From an uncultured candidatus Brocadiaceae bacterium (GTDB taxonomy: Bacteria; Planctomycetota; Brocadiia; SM23-32), in the NCBI GenBank assembly GCA_964434535.1, contig CAYSWA010000003.1, positions 20,985-84,984 of the forward strand: a stretch of 64,000 bases of DNA, read 5' to 3'. Position 1 is the first letter of the stretch, and each line of letters opens with the position of its first letter. Under the pieces are notes generated by a model. That model saw only the letters and a list, made by a program, of their open reading frames with translations, made no database searches and had not been told where the DNA came from. The position numbers and the translations under genes are program-made. Shown one piece after another: positions 30,309-40,031 of the stretch.

Positions 30309-32597
30309 ATGGCTGAGACGACCCAGGAGCCCGCCGCCGAGCGCCGCCGCATCACCGTGCGGGGCCGCGTGCAGGGCGTCGGCTTCCGCCCCACGCTCTA
30401 TCGCGAGCTGGTGCGGCGCGGCTGCGCCGGCAGCATCCGCAACACCCCCGAAGGGGTCGCGCTCGAGGTCGAGGCGCCGCCCGACGTGCTGGACGAGGTC
30501 GTGCGCGAGTTCCCCCGGCTCGTGCCCGAGCGGGCGCGCGTGGACGAGCTGATCGTCGAGCAGGTCGAGCCCCGGGGCGAGCGGGGCTTCCGCATCGAAC
30601 GCAGCGACGCGGACGGGCGAAGCCTGCTGCCGATCCCGCCCGACCTGGCCCTCTGCGGCGAATGCGCCGCCGAGCTGGACCGGCCCGGCTGCCGGCGCGA
30701 GGGCTACCCCTTCAACACCTGCACCGACTGCGGGCCGCGCTTCACCATCGCCCGGCGCGTGCCGTTCGATCGGGAGACGAACGCCATGGCGGCCTTCCCT
30801 CCGTGCGAGGACTGCGCCCGCGAGTACGCCGAGCCGGCCGAGCGCCGCTTCCACGCGCAGACCGTCTCCTGCCCCGCCTGCGGCCCCTCGCTCGCCTTCC
30901 TCACCCCCCAGGGCGAAGAGGTGGACGAGCCGCTCCGGACCGCCCGGCGCATGCTGCGCGAGGGGCGGATCCTGGCCGTCAAGGGCATCGGCGGCTTCCA
31001 CCTCGCCTGCGACGCCACGCGCCCCGCGCCCGTCGCCCTGCTGCGCGAGCGGAAGCGACGGCCCGCCAGGCCGTTTGCGATCATGGCGGTCGATATCGAG
31101 GCGTGCCGGCGGCTCGCCGAGGTGAGCGCCGTCGAAGAGGAGCTGCTGACCTCGCCGCAGGCGCCGATCGTCCTGCTGCGCAGGCGGCCCGGTTGCCCCG
31201 TCGCCGAGGGCGTCGCGCCGGGCCTGGCGCACCTCGGCGTCATGCTGCCCTACACGCCGCTGCACCGGCTGCTCCTCGCCGGCGAGATGCCCGTCGCGCT
31301 GGTCATGACGAGCTGCAACCGGCGCGAGGAGCCGATCGCCGTCAGCCACGAGCAGGTGCTCGGGGAGCTGACCGATCTCGTGGACGGCGTGCTGACCCAC
31401 GACCGGGAGATTGTGAACCGCTGCGACGACTCGCTGGTGGCGGCCTTCGACGGGCTGCCCCTGCCGATGCGGCGCTCGCGGGGCTACGTGCCCGAACCCC
31501 TCATCCTTGAGCGCCCCGGGCCGCCCGTGCTCGCCACCGGCGGGATGATGAAGAACGCGTTCGCGCTGACCAGCGGCCGGCGCGTCTTCCTCTCCCAGCA
31601 CATCGGCGACGTCTCGGACGCCGACAACGCCGCCTACTTCGCGCGCTCCGTGCGGGAGTTCTCGCGGCTGCTGCGCGTGGAGCCGGAGGTCCTCGCCTGC
31701 GACATGCACCCGGACTACCCCACGACGGCCTTCGCCCGTGAGATGGCCGAGCGACGCGGGCTGCCGCTCCTCCAGGTGCAGCAGCACCACGCCCATGTCG
31801 TCTCGTGCCTCGCCGAGAACGGCCGCGAGGGGCCGGCCATCGGCGTGAGCTGGGACGGGGCGGGCTACGGCGAGGACGGCGCCGTCTGGGGCGGCGAGTT
31901 CATGGTCGCCGACCGGCGCGGCTACCGGCGGCGCTATCACCTGGCCTACGTGCCGATGCCCGGCGGCGAGCAGGCCGTCCTCAACCCCGTGCGCATGGCC
32001 GCCTCGCACCTGGCCTGCGCGCTCGGTCCGCAGGAGGCGCTGCGGCGGCTCGGCCCCGCGATGCGGGAAGGCGAGTGCGATCTCGCCCTGCGGGTCATGG
32101 GGCGGGAAGCGTTCTCCCCGCCCACCTCCAGCGCCGGGCGGCTCTTCGACGCCGTCGCCGCCCTGCTCGGCGTGCGCAGGCGCGCCACCTACGACGGCCA
32201 GCCGGCCGCCGAGCTCGAGGCGCACTGCGCGCCGGAGGCCGAAGGCGCCTACCCCGTTGCCTTCGAGGGCGACGAGATATCGGTAGCGCCGACCTGGGCG
32301 GCGATATGCGGGGACCTGGATAGGGGCGAGGAGCCCGGCGCCGTCGCCATGCGGTTCCACCGCGCGATGGCCGGGGTCATCCTGGAGGGCTGCCGTCGGC
32401 TGCGGGAGGAGGAGGGCCTCGGCGTCGTCGCCCTCTCCGGCGGCGTGATGCAGAACCGCACGCTGCTGGCCCTGGCCGTGCCGGCGCTGCGGGCGGAAGG
32501 GTTCGAGGTGCTGCTTCAGAGCCGCGTGCCGCCGAACGACGGGGGCCTCTGCCTGGGCCAGGCCGCCTGCGCCCTGGCGCGCCTGGCCGCGCCGTAG
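30309..32597 (+). CDS. hypF: [NiFe]-hydrogenase maturation carbamoyltransferase HypF
   Basis: Acylphosphatase (VRGRVQGVGFR), two CxxC zinc-finger pairs, YrdC-like (ILAVKGIGGFHLACDA) and Kae1-like C-terminal domains. 762 aa. Confidence 0.9.
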   Translation: MAETTQEPAAERRRITVRGRVQGVGFRPTLYRELVRRGCAGSIRNTPEGVALEVEAPPDVLDEVVREFPRLVPERARVDELIVEQVEPRGERGFRIERSDADGRSLLPIPPDLALCGECAAELDRPGCRREGYPFNTCTDCGPRFTIARRVPFDRETNAMAAFPPCEDCAREYAEPAERRFHAQTVSCPACGPSLAFLTPQGEEVDEPLRTARRMLREGRILAVKGIGGFHLACDATRPAPVALLRERKRRPARPFAIMAVDIEACRRLAEVSAVEEELLTSPQAPIVLLRRRPGCPVAEGVAPGLAHLGVMLPYTPLHRLLLAGEMPVALVMTSCNRREEPIAVSHEQVLGELTDLVDGVLTHDREIVNRCDDSLVAAFDGLPLPMRRSRGYVPEPLILERPGPPVLATGGMMKNAFALTSGRRVFLSQHIGDVSDADNAAYFARSVREFSRLLRVEPEVLACDMHPDYPTTAFAREMAERRGLPLLQVQQHHAHVVSCLAENGREGPAIGVSWDGAGYGEDGAVWGGEFMVADRRGYRRRYHLAYVPMPGGEQAVLNPVRMAASHLACALGPQEALRRLGPAMREGECDLALRVMGREAFSPPTSSAGRLFDAVAALLGVRRRATYDGQPAAELEAHCAPEAEGAYPVAFEGDEISVAPTWAAICGDLDRGEEPGAVAMRFHRAMAGVILEGCRRLREEEGLGVVALSGGVMQNRTLLALAVPALRAEGFEVLLQSRVPPNDGGLCLGQAACALARLAAP

Positions 32598-32643
32598 CGG
32601 CGCACGGCGCTACCGGACGGCGCATCCGACTGGCCATTGTCCG

Positions 32644-32722
32644 CTGAAACTCCGGGACAGTCCCCTTCGGGATACAGTCCCGGTTTTCGGCTCCGACGCC
32701 GAAGGTGGAGGGACGCGCTCCG
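32644..32722. repeat. dispersed intergenic repeat copy C (module 1 reverse + module 2 forward)
   Basis: GAAACTCCGGGACAGTCCCCTTCGGGATACAGTCCCGGTTTTCGGCTCC followed by CGAAGGTGGAGGGACGCGCTCCGG. Between hypF and hypC. Confidence 0.6.
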
Positions 32723-32743
32723 GTCTCGCCGCCGAGCCCTCCC

Positions 32744-32772
32744 GGTGACAGGGCGGGGCGGCTCTCATATAC
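32744..32772 (+). promoter_or_regulatory. candidate promoter GTGACA-N17-TATACT for hypCDE
   Basis: Hexamers in an AT-rich patch about 50 nt upstream of the hypC start. Confidence 0.3.
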
Positions 32773-32819
32773 TGGATGAAGGGCAATTCCGCGCAGCTCA
32801 AGGCCGTTGTGAGCGCCAC

Positions 32820-33059
32820 ATGTGCTGGGCCGTGCCGACACGGGTGATCGAGGTCGACGGACACGTCGGGAAGGTCGAGCTTGCCGGCACCGTCCGCGAG
32901 GTCGGGCTGCGGCTCGTGCCCGAGGTGCAGGTCGGCGACTACGTGCTCGTGCACGCCGGGTTCGCCATCCAGCGCGTCGACGAGGAGGAAGCGCGCGAGA
33001 CGCTCGCGCTCTTCGCCGAGATGGCGGCTGCCGCCGGGGGTGGCGATGAGACTGGTTGA
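32820..33059 (+). CDS. hypC: hydrogenase maturation factor HypC
   Basis: Starts MCWAVP (the conserved MC-x-A-x-P N-terminus). About 80 aa. Confidence 0.85.
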   Translation: MCWAVPTRVIEVDGHVGKVELAGTVREVGLRLVPEVQVGDYVLVHAGFAIQRVDEEEARETLALFAEMAAAAGGGDETG

Positions 33060-34143
33060 CGAGTTCCGCGCCCCGGCGGCCGCCCGCGCTCTCGCCGCCC
33101 GGATCGCCCGCGCCGTCGATGAGGCCGGCCGGCCGGTGCGCTTGATGGAGGTCTGCGGCGGCCACACCATGGCGATCCACCGCTTCGGCATCCCCGAGCT
33201 GCTGCCGGAGGCGATCGAGCTGATCAGCGGGCCGGGCTGCCCGGTCTGCGTGACGCCGACGGCCTACATCGACCGCGCCCTCGAGCTGGCCGGCCGGCCC
33301 GAGGTGACGCTGGCCACCTTCGGCGACCTCTACCGCGTGCCCGGCGGTGGCGGGAGCCTGGAGGATGCCGCCGCCGGCGGGGCCGACGTGCGGGTGGTCT
33401 ACTCGGCGCGCGACGCCCTGAAGCTCGCCGTGCGCGAGCCCGAGCGCGAGGTGATCTTCCTCGCCATCGGTTTCGAGACCACTGCCCCCGGCACGGCGGC
33501 CACGCTGCTCGAGGGGGCCGAGCAGGGGGTGGGCAACTTCCGCGTCATGTCCGGCCACAAGACGATGCCCGAGGCGCTCCGGGCGCTGACCGAGGGGGGG
33601 GAGGCGGCGCTGGACGGCTTCCTGCTGCCGGGGCACGTCTCGACGATCACCGGCCCCGCGCCCTACGAGTTCCTGCCGCGCGAGCGGGGCCTGGCCTGCT
33701 GCGTGACGGGCTTCGAGCCGACCGACATCCTGCGGGCCGTCCTCGCGCTGGTCGAGCAGGTGCGCGACGGCGAGCCGCGGGTGGAGAACCAGTACCGCCG
33801 GGTCGTCCGCCCGGACGGGAACCCCGCGGCCCGCGCCGTGATCGAAGAGGTCTTCGAGCCGGCCGACAGCTACTGGCGGGGGCTCGGGCCGATCGCCGGC
33901 AGCGGGCTCGCCCTGCGGCGGGAGTGGGAGCCATACCGCCTCGAGCCGCCGGGGCCCGAGGCGCCGGCCGGGCCGGACAGGGGCTGCCGGTGCGCGGAGG
34001 TCCTGCGCGGGCTGATCCACCCGCCGCAGTGCCCGCTGTTCGGGCGCTCGTGCATCCCCGACTCGCCGGTCGGGCCGTGCATGGTCTCCAGCGAGGGCTC
34101 GTGCGCGGCCTACTACAAGTACGGCGCCGGCCGGGGGACTTGA
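33046..34143 (+). CDS. hypD: hydrogenase maturation factor HypD
   Basis: CGGHT, GPGCPVC, FETTAP and CPVC...C motifs of HypD. 14-nt overlap with hypC. Confidence 0.9.
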   Translation: MRLVDEFRAPAAARALAARIARAVDEAGRPVRLMEVCGGHTMAIHRFGIPELLPEAIELISGPGCPVCVTPTAYIDRALELAGRPEVTLATFGDLYRVPGGGGSLEDAAAGGADVRVVYSARDALKLAVREPEREVIFLAIGFETTAPGTAATLLEGAEQGVGNFRVMSGHKTMPEALRALTEGGEAALDGFLLPGHVSTITGPAPYEFLPRERGLACCVTGFEPTDILRAVLALVEQVRDGEPRVENQYRRVVRPDGNPAARAVIEEVFEPADSYWRGLGPIAGSGLALRREWEPYRLEPPGPEAPAGPDRGCRCAEVLRGLIHPPQCPLFGRSCIPDSPVGPCMVSSEGSCAAYYKYGAGRGT

Positions 34144-34198
34144 CGGCGCCGGCGGCGGCCGATATCACAGCGCCTCTTCCGCTGAGGGGGGTCCGGCC

Positions 34199-35209
34199 AT
34201 GGCCGAAGACCACGTCAAGCTCGGGCACGGCAGCGGCGGCGTGCTGACGCGCCGCCTGACCGAAGGCACGCTGCTGCGCTTCTTCCGCTCGCCGGCGCTG
34301 GCGTCCCTGCCGGACAGCGCCCGCCTGGAGCTCGGCGGGGCCCGGCTCGCCTTCACCACCGACAGCTACGTGGTCGATCCCCTCTTCTTCCCGGGCGGGG
34401 ACATCGGGATGCTCGCCGTCTACGGCACGGTCAACGACCTGGCGGTGGCGGGGGCGACGCCGCGCTTCATCTCCTGCGCGCTGATCGTCGAGGAGGGCTT
34501 CCCGATGGCGGAGCTGGAGGCCGTGCTGGACTCCATGGCGCGGGCGGCCGAGGCGGCCGGGGTCGAGGTGGTGACCGGGGATACGAAGGTGGTGCCGCGC
34601 GGCAAGGCCGACCGGCTCTTCATCAACACGGCCGGCGTCGGGACGCTGGGCGACGGGGCGCCGGCGCCCGGTGGAAACGCCCGGCCGGGCGACGCTATCA
34701 TAGTGAGCGGCCCGGTGGGGGACCACGGGGCGGCCGTGCTCTCGCGGCGGGAAGGGCTGGAGCTGGAGAGCGGGGTCACGAGCGACTGCGCGCCGCTGAC
34801 CGAGGCCGCCGGGGCCGTCCTCGGGGCCGCGCGGCGCGTCGCCTTCATGCGCGACCTGACGCGCGGCGGGCTCGCCACGATCCTGAACGAGGCGACCGGC
34901 GAGGGCCGGCCCGGCCTGCTGCTTCAGGAGGCGGCCGTGCCCGTGCGCGAGGAGGTGCGCTCGATCTGCGAGGTGCTCGGGCTCGACCCGCTCTACCTGG
35001 CCTGCGAGGGCCGGCTGGCGGCGATCGTCGACGCCCAGAGCGCCGAGGCCGCCCTCGAGGCGCTGCGCCGGGCGCCGGGCGGCCAGCACGGGCGGGTGAT
35101 CGGCCGGGTCACGCAGCGATACGCCGGCCAGGTGGTGCTGGAGACGGAGCTGGGGACGCGGCGGCTGCTCCAGATGCTCAGCGGCGAGCAGTTGCCGCGC
35201 ATCTGCTAG
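34199..35209 (+). CDS. hypE: hydrogenase maturation carbamoyl dehydratase HypE
   Basis: AIR-synthase-like fold (LGHGSGG..., TTDSYVV, GDTKVV). Ends PRIC with the conserved terminal Cys. Confidence 0.9.
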   Translation: MAEDHVKLGHGSGGVLTRRLTEGTLLRFFRSPALASLPDSARLELGGARLAFTTDSYVVDPLFFPGGDIGMLAVYGTVNDLAVAGATPRFISCALIVEEGFPMAELEAVLDSMARAAEAAGVEVVTGDTKVVPRGKADRLFINTAGVGTLGDGAPAPGGNARPGDAIIVSGPVGDHGAAVLSRREGLELESGVTSDCAPLTEAAGAVLGAARRVAFMRDLTRGGLATILNEATGEGRPGLLLQEAAVPVREEVRSICEVLGLDPLYLACEGRLAAIVDAQSAEAALEALRRAPGGQHGRVIGRVTQRYAGQVVLETELGTRRLLQMLSGEQLPRIC

Positions 35210-35250
35210 CGGCGCGGCGCGCTCAGGAACGATCACAGGCGGAGGAAGGC

Positions 35251-36675
35251 ATGCCCGGGGAGTCCGAAGGGCGCGAAGAGCGCGTCATGGAGCAGTTGCG
35301 CGGGCACGGTCAGGAGCGGATGGTCTCCTACCTGGAGGAGGAGCTCGAGGGCGAGGAGCGCCAGCGCCTGCTGGAGCAGCTCGACGGGCTCGCGTGGCGG
35401 CGGCTGGAGGCGTTCAGGCTGCTGCTGGGCACGCCGCCGACGGACGTGAGTTTCGCCGACGTGCGCCCCGCGCCGATCGAGCGGCTGCCCCTGAACGAAT
35501 GGCAGCAGGAAGCCGACCAGAAGGCCGCCGAAGGGGGCGAGGAGGCGATCCGGGCCGACCGCCTCGCCGTGCTCACCGTGGCCGGCGGCCAGGGCACCCG
35601 CCTGCGCTACGACCACCCGAAGGGGATGTTCCCCATCACGCCGATCCGCGAGAAAAGCCTCTTCGAGCACTTCGCCGAGGCGATCCTCGCCGTGCGCCGA
35701 CGCTACGCGTGCCGGCTGCCCTGGCTGGTGATGACCAGCCTGACCAACGAGGCGCAGACGCGCGAGTACTTCCGCGACAACGACTTCTTCGCCCTCGGCG
35801 AGGAGTCGGTGCACTTCTTCGTCCAGCGCCTCAACCCCATCCTGGACGGGGGCGGGCAACTGCTGCTGGCCGAGCGCGACCGGCTCCTGGTCGGGCCGGA
35901 CGGCCACGGGGGCGTCTTCACCGCCCTGCACGAGGCGGGCCTGCTGGAGATGCTGCGCGAGGGCGGCTGGGATCTGGTCAGCTACTTCCAGGTCGACAAC
36001 CCGCTGGTGACCGTGGTCGACCCCCGCTTCATCGGCTACCACCTGAAGCGCGGGGCCGACTTCTCCTGCAAGGTCGTGCCCAAGCGCGACCCGGAGGAAG
36101 GGCTCGGCCTGGCGGTCATGAAGGGCGACCACCCGGCCGTGATCGAGTACGTCGACGTGCCCCACCACATCGCCGCCGCCCGGCTGCCCTCCGGCCAGCT
36201 CAAGCTGCGCTACGGGAGCATCGCCATCCACATCCTCGACGTGCCGTTCGCCGAGCGCGTGGTCGCCGAGCCGGAGGGGCTGCCCTGGCACATGGCCCGC
36301 AAGCAGTACGAGATCGTCGGCCCCGGCGGCGAGAAGCGGCTCTCCGAGCCGGAGGCCTGCGTCAAGTTCGAGCGGTTCATCTTCGACGCCCTCCGGTTCG
36401 CCGACGAGTGCGCCTTCGTCGAGGTGCGCCGCGACACGGAGTTCGCCCCGGTGAAGAACTACGAGGGCGAGGACAGCCCGCAGACGGCCCGTGAGCTGCT
36501 CCAGCGCTGCTGGCTCCAGTGGCTGCGCGAGGCCGGAGCCGAGGTCGAGCTGCCGCGCGACTTCTGCGAGCCCGTCATCGAGATCAGCCCGCTCTACGCC
36601 GTGGGCGCCGCCGAGCTCAAAGAGAAGATCGAGCCCGGCTGGGAGCCCGAACTGCCGCTCGTGCTCGAACCCTGA
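35251..36675 (+). CDS. UDP-sugar pyrophosphorylase, UDPGP family (UAP1/UGP-like)
   Basis: LTVAGGQGTRLRYDHPKGMF, LVMTS, YFQVDN, MKGDHPAVIEY. Alternative start MEQLRGH at 35287. Confidence 0.8.
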   Translation: MPGESEGREERVMEQLRGHGQERMVSYLEEELEGEERQRLLEQLDGLAWRRLEAFRLLLGTPPTDVSFADVRPAPIERLPLNEWQQEADQKAAEGGEEAIRADRLAVLTVAGGQGTRLRYDHPKGMFPITPIREKSLFEHFAEAILAVRRRYACRLPWLVMTSLTNEAQTREYFRDNDFFALGEESVHFFVQRLNPILDGGGQLLLAERDRLLVGPDGHGGVFTALHEAGLLEMLREGGWDLVSYFQVDNPLVTVVDPRFIGYHLKRGADFSCKVVPKRDPEEGLGLAVMKGDHPAVIEYVDVPHHIAAARLPSGQLKLRYGSIAIHILDVPFAERVVAEPEGLPWHMARKQYEIVGPGGEKRLSEPEACVKFERFIFDALRFADECAFVEVRRDTEFAPVKNYEGEDSPQTARELLQRCWLQWLREAGAEVELPRDFCEPVIEISPLYAVGAAELKEKIEPGWEPELPLVLEP

Positions 36676-36701
36676 GCATCGCCCGCGTGGAAGGGGGAGG
36701 C

Positions 36702-37622
36702 ATGCCCCGGTTCGTCTACTCCAGCCACTACTACTGCGACCTGGGGCACCACGTCTTCCGCACCGAGAAGTACCGCCTCCTCCACGACCTCATCGTCGAG
36801 GGCGGCCTGGCCGCGCCCGACGAGTTCCTCGCCCCCGAGCCGGCCACGCGCGAAGACGTGCTGCTCGTCCACACCCCCGAGTACCTGGACGACCTGCTCG
36901 CGGCCCGCCCGACCTCCCGCACGGCCCTGAGCGAGATGCCCATCTCGCGCGAGATCATCGGCGCCTTCATGCTCGGCGCCGGCGGCACCATCCTGGCCTG
37001 CCGCAGCGCCATCCGCGAGCACGAGTTCGCCATGAACCTGGCCGGCGGCTTCCACCACGCCATGCCCGACCGCGCCGAGGGATTCTGCTACATCAACGAC
37101 GTGGCCGTCGGCGTGCGCCGCGTGCGGGAGGACGGCCTGGCCCGCCGCGTCATGATCGTGGACTGCGACCTGCACCAGGGCAACGGCACGGCCGTCATCT
37201 TCGCCCACGAGCCCGAGGTCTTCACCTTCAGCATCCACGAAGAGGCCATCTATCCGCTGAAGCAGCGCAGCGACCTCGACGTCGGGCTGCCCAGCTTCTG
37301 CGCAGGTGAGCAGTACCTGCGCCGCCTCGCAGCGCGCCTGCCCGACGCGCTCGACCGGCACGAGCCGGACTTCGTCCTCTACGTGGCCGGCGCCGACCCC
37401 TACGCCGACGACCTGCTCGGCACGCTGATGCTGAGCATCCAAGACCTGTGGCGGCGCGACCAGGCCGTCCTCGGCGCCTGCGCCGAGCGCGGCATCCCGG
37501 CGGCGGTGACCCTGGCCGGCGGCTACAGCCCCGACGTGCGCGACACCGCCCGCATCCACTACGGCACGGCGCGCGCCATGTGCGAGCTCTCCGAGCGCCT
37601 CGCCGCCCCGAGCCATGGTTGA
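36702..37622 (+). CDS. histone deacetylase-family amidohydrolase (AcuC/HDAC-like)
   Basis: GGFHHA, FCYINDVAV, IVDCDLHQGNGT, GGGY-like zinc-site motifs. GGGGGAGG RBS. Confidence 0.85.
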   Translation: MPRFVYSSHYYCDLGHHVFRTEKYRLLHDLIVEGGLAAPDEFLAPEPATREDVLLVHTPEYLDDLLAARPTSRTALSEMPISREIIGAFMLGAGGTILACRSAIREHEFAMNLAGGFHHAMPDRAEGFCYINDVAVGVRRVREDGLARRVMIVDCDLHQGNGTAVIFAHEPEVFTFSIHEEAIYPLKQRSDLDVGLPSFCAGEQYLRRLAARLPDALDRHEPDFVLYVAGADPYADDLLGTLMLSIQDLWRRDQAVLGACAERGIPAAVTLAGGYSPDVRDTARIHYGTARAMCELSERLAAPSHG

Positions 37623-38379
37623 GACCACCGCCCGCCCGATCGCGGCCCTGCGCGCGGCCTTCGAGGCGGGGCTCGATTGGCTCTACCCCCGGCACTGTTA
37701 CCACTGCGGCCGCTCGCTCGCGCACGTCCGCTCGCAGATGCTCTGCCGCCGGTGCCTGGCGGAGCTGGAAGACCTGCGCGTGAGCGGGGCGCTCTGCGCC
37801 ACATGCGGCCTGCCGCTGGCGGGCGAGCCGGCCCCCGAACTGGTCTGCATGGCATGCCGCGTCGAGCGGCGGCACTTCGAGCGGGCCCGGGCCTTCGTCG
37901 CCTACGCCGGTCCGGCCGCCTCCCTGATCCGCGCCTACAAGTTCGACGGCGACTACATGCTCGGCCCGCGCGCTCTGCGGGCGATGATGGACCGGGGCTG
38001 GACGCCGCCGGACGTCGAGCCGGCCCACCTGGTGGTGCCCGTGCCCCTGCACCGGCGGCGCCGGCGGGAGCGCGGCTACGACCAGGCCCTGCTGCTGGCG
38101 GAAGTGGTGGCCGAGCGGATCGGCGGCGAGTTGCGCCCGCGCGTGCTCGCCCGCACGCGCTACACCTCGCAGCAGGCGCTGCTGCCGATGGGCCGCAGGT
38201 GGGACAACGTGCGGGCTGCGTTCGCCGCGCGGCGTCCCGACCAGGTCGAGGGGCGGAGCGTGCTGCTGGTGGACGACGTGCTGACCACGGGGGTGACGGC
38301 CGACGAATGCGCGCGGGAGCTGAAGGCGGCCGGCGCCGCCCGCGTCCACGTCCTCACCCTCGCCCGCACCGCACCGTGA
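37615..38379 (+). CDS. comF: ComF family protein (phosphoribosyltransferase-like, N-terminal zinc ribbon)
   Basis: CxxC...CxxC N-terminus and PRTase motif VLLVDDVLTTGVT. Confidence 0.8.
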   Translation: MVETTARPIAALRAAFEAGLDWLYPRHCYHCGRSLAHVRSQMLCRRCLAELEDLRVSGALCATCGLPLAGEPAPELVCMACRVERRHFERARAFVAYAGPAASLIRAYKFDGDYMLGPRALRAMMDRGWTPPDVEPAHLVVPVPLHRRRRRERGYDQALLLAEVVAERIGGELRPRVLARTRYTSQQALLPMGRRWDNVRAAFAARRPDQVEGRSVLLVDDVLTTGVTADECARELKAAGAARVHVLTLARTAP

Positions 38380-38414
38380 AGGCGCCGCTGTTCAACAGCC
38401 GGTTTGGATCTGCG

Positions 38415-38442
38415 ATTGACAAGGGGCCGCTCTGCTGTATAG
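38415..38442 (+). promoter_or_regulatory. sigma70-like promoter TTGACA-N16-TATAGT for the R-M pair
   Basis: Perfect -35, near-perfect -10, within a 100-nt AT-richer gap immediately upstream of the methyltransferase gene. Confidence 0.5.
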
Positions 38443-38480
38443 TGTATGCAACGACGAACGGATAAGGGACGGGATCGGTC

Positions 38481-40031
38481 ATGGCCACGCGACGGGCAAC
38501 CGAAAAAGACAGCAGTGCGGCTCCGTGCCTGACCGAAGCAGTTCACGCCGCAGGTCGTGATGCGGTTGCCCCGACCGGCCGGGGACAGAAGAAGGGCCTT
38601 GCGCAATACCTGACCCCTGCGCCCGTCGCGCGGCTGATGGCCGGCATGTTTGAGGAGCGTCGCTCGCGTGAGGTCTGTGTCTTCGACCCGGGCGCCGGCG
38701 CCGGCATCCTGACGGCGGCCGCCGTAGAGGCCGTCAGTCAGTGGACGAGTCCCCCTTCGCGGATCAGGGCTTCAGCCTTCGAGCTGGACGAGGACATGGC
38801 GCCCCGGATCCGCGATACGTTCCATCTCTGCGCCGAACACTGTCGCCGGCGGGCAATCGCCTTCACGGGAGAGCTGCATCAGGGCGACTTCCTGGAGAGG
38901 GCCTCTGCAGTGGTAGGCCGTCCCTTGTTCCAGCAGCGCCTGTCCCCGGCGGACATGGTGATCATGAACCCTCCCTTCCGCAAGATCCGCACCGATTCAC
39001 GGGAGCGCAGACTGCTGGAGAGCGTGGGGATCGAGACTTCGAACCTCTATTCTGGATTCGTGGCCCTGGCGATCCGCGCGCTCAGGCCGGGCGGCCAGTT
39101 GGTGTTCATCTCGCCACGCAGTTTCTGCAACGGGACGTACTTCCGGCAGTTCCGAGAGATGCTCTTGTGCCAGACGGCCCTGCGGCGCGTTCACCTCTTC
39201 GAGTCCCGCACGGAGGCGTTCCGGGACTACAGCGTGATCCAGGAGACAGTGGTGTTCCACGCGGTCAAGGGGGACTCGCCCGCCCCCGTGCGCATCACGT
39301 CAAGCCGGGGCGGGGAGGAAGACGAGATTACGTCGCGCCAGGTTGCCTTCGCAGAAGTGGTCCGGCCCGACGATCCCCGCAAGTTCATCCACCTGCCCAC
39401 CGATGAGGCCGGGCTGGAGGCCGGGCACAAGATACGGCTGCTGACACACTCGCTGCGGGATCTGGGCCTGCGGGTGTCCACGGGCCGCGTCGTGGCGTTT
39501 CGTGCGGCTGATCACCTTCTGGACAGTCGACAGCCCGGATCAGTGCCCTTGATACAGCCGGGTAACATCTGCTCTGGTCGCGTTGTCTGGCCTGACTACC
39601 GGCTGGGCAAACCTGCGGCGCTGGAGGCGAACGACGCCACGCGCGACCTTCTGGTGCCGGAGGGCACTTACGTCCTTGTGAGACGCTTCAGCGCCAAGGA
39701 GGAGCGCCGGCGGATCGTGGCAGGGGTCTACGAGTCCTGTGCCTGTCCCGGCTCCGCCGTTGCCTTCGAGAACCACCTCAACTACTACCACGCCCGCGGA
39801 GGCGGCCTGAACCCGGACCTCGCGCGCGGCCTCTCGGCCTTCCTGAATTCGACCGTGGTCGATCGGTACTTTCGGACCTTCAACGGTCATACCCAGGTCA
39901 ACGCTGCGGACCTACGTAGCTTGCGATACCCCTCGCTTGAGACGCTTGTGGCCCTCGGGCAACGTGTTGGTCCCAAGGAGATTGACCAGGGCGCCCTTGA
40001 CGCGGCAGTTGGGGAGGAGTGCTTTCTTTGA
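38481..40031 (+). CDS. gamma-class N6-adenine DNA methyltransferase (M.PstI/M.BsuBI-like) of a type II R-M system
   Basis: AQYLTPAPVARLM (motif X), VFDPGAGAGILT (motif I), MNPPF (motif IV). 516 aa. GC content visibly lower than the flanks. Confidence 0.8.
   Translation: MATRRATEKDSSAAPCLTEAVHAAGRDAVAPTGRGQKKGLAQYLTPAPVARLMAGMFEERRSREVCVFDPGAGAGILTAAAVEAVSQWTSPPSRIRASAFELDEDMAPRIRDTFHLCAEHCRRRAIAFTGELHQGDFLERASAVVGRPLFQQRLSPADMVIMNPPFRKIRTDSRERRLLESVGIETSNLYSGFVALAIRALRPGGQLVFISPRSFCNGTYFRQFREMLLCQTALRRVHLFESRTEAFRDYSVIQETVVFHAVKGDSPAPVRITSSRGGEEDEITSRQVAFAEVVRPDDPRKFIHLPTDEAGLEAGHKIRLLTHSLRDLGLRVSTGRVVAFRAADHLLDSRQPGSVPLIQPGNICSGRVVWPDYRLGKPAALEANDATRDLLVPEGTYVLVRRFSAKEERRRIVAGVYESCACPGSAVAFENHLNYYHARGGGLNPDLARGLSAFLNSTVVDRYFRTFNGHTQVNAADLRSLRYPSLETLVALGQRVGPKEIDQGALDAAVGEECFL

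Noticed and set aside
27699-32360. 1553-aa minus-strand ORF across metB-like, metW, nth and hypF
   Set aside because: Antisense to four motif-verified genes. Gly/Arg/Ala-rich low-complexity translation.
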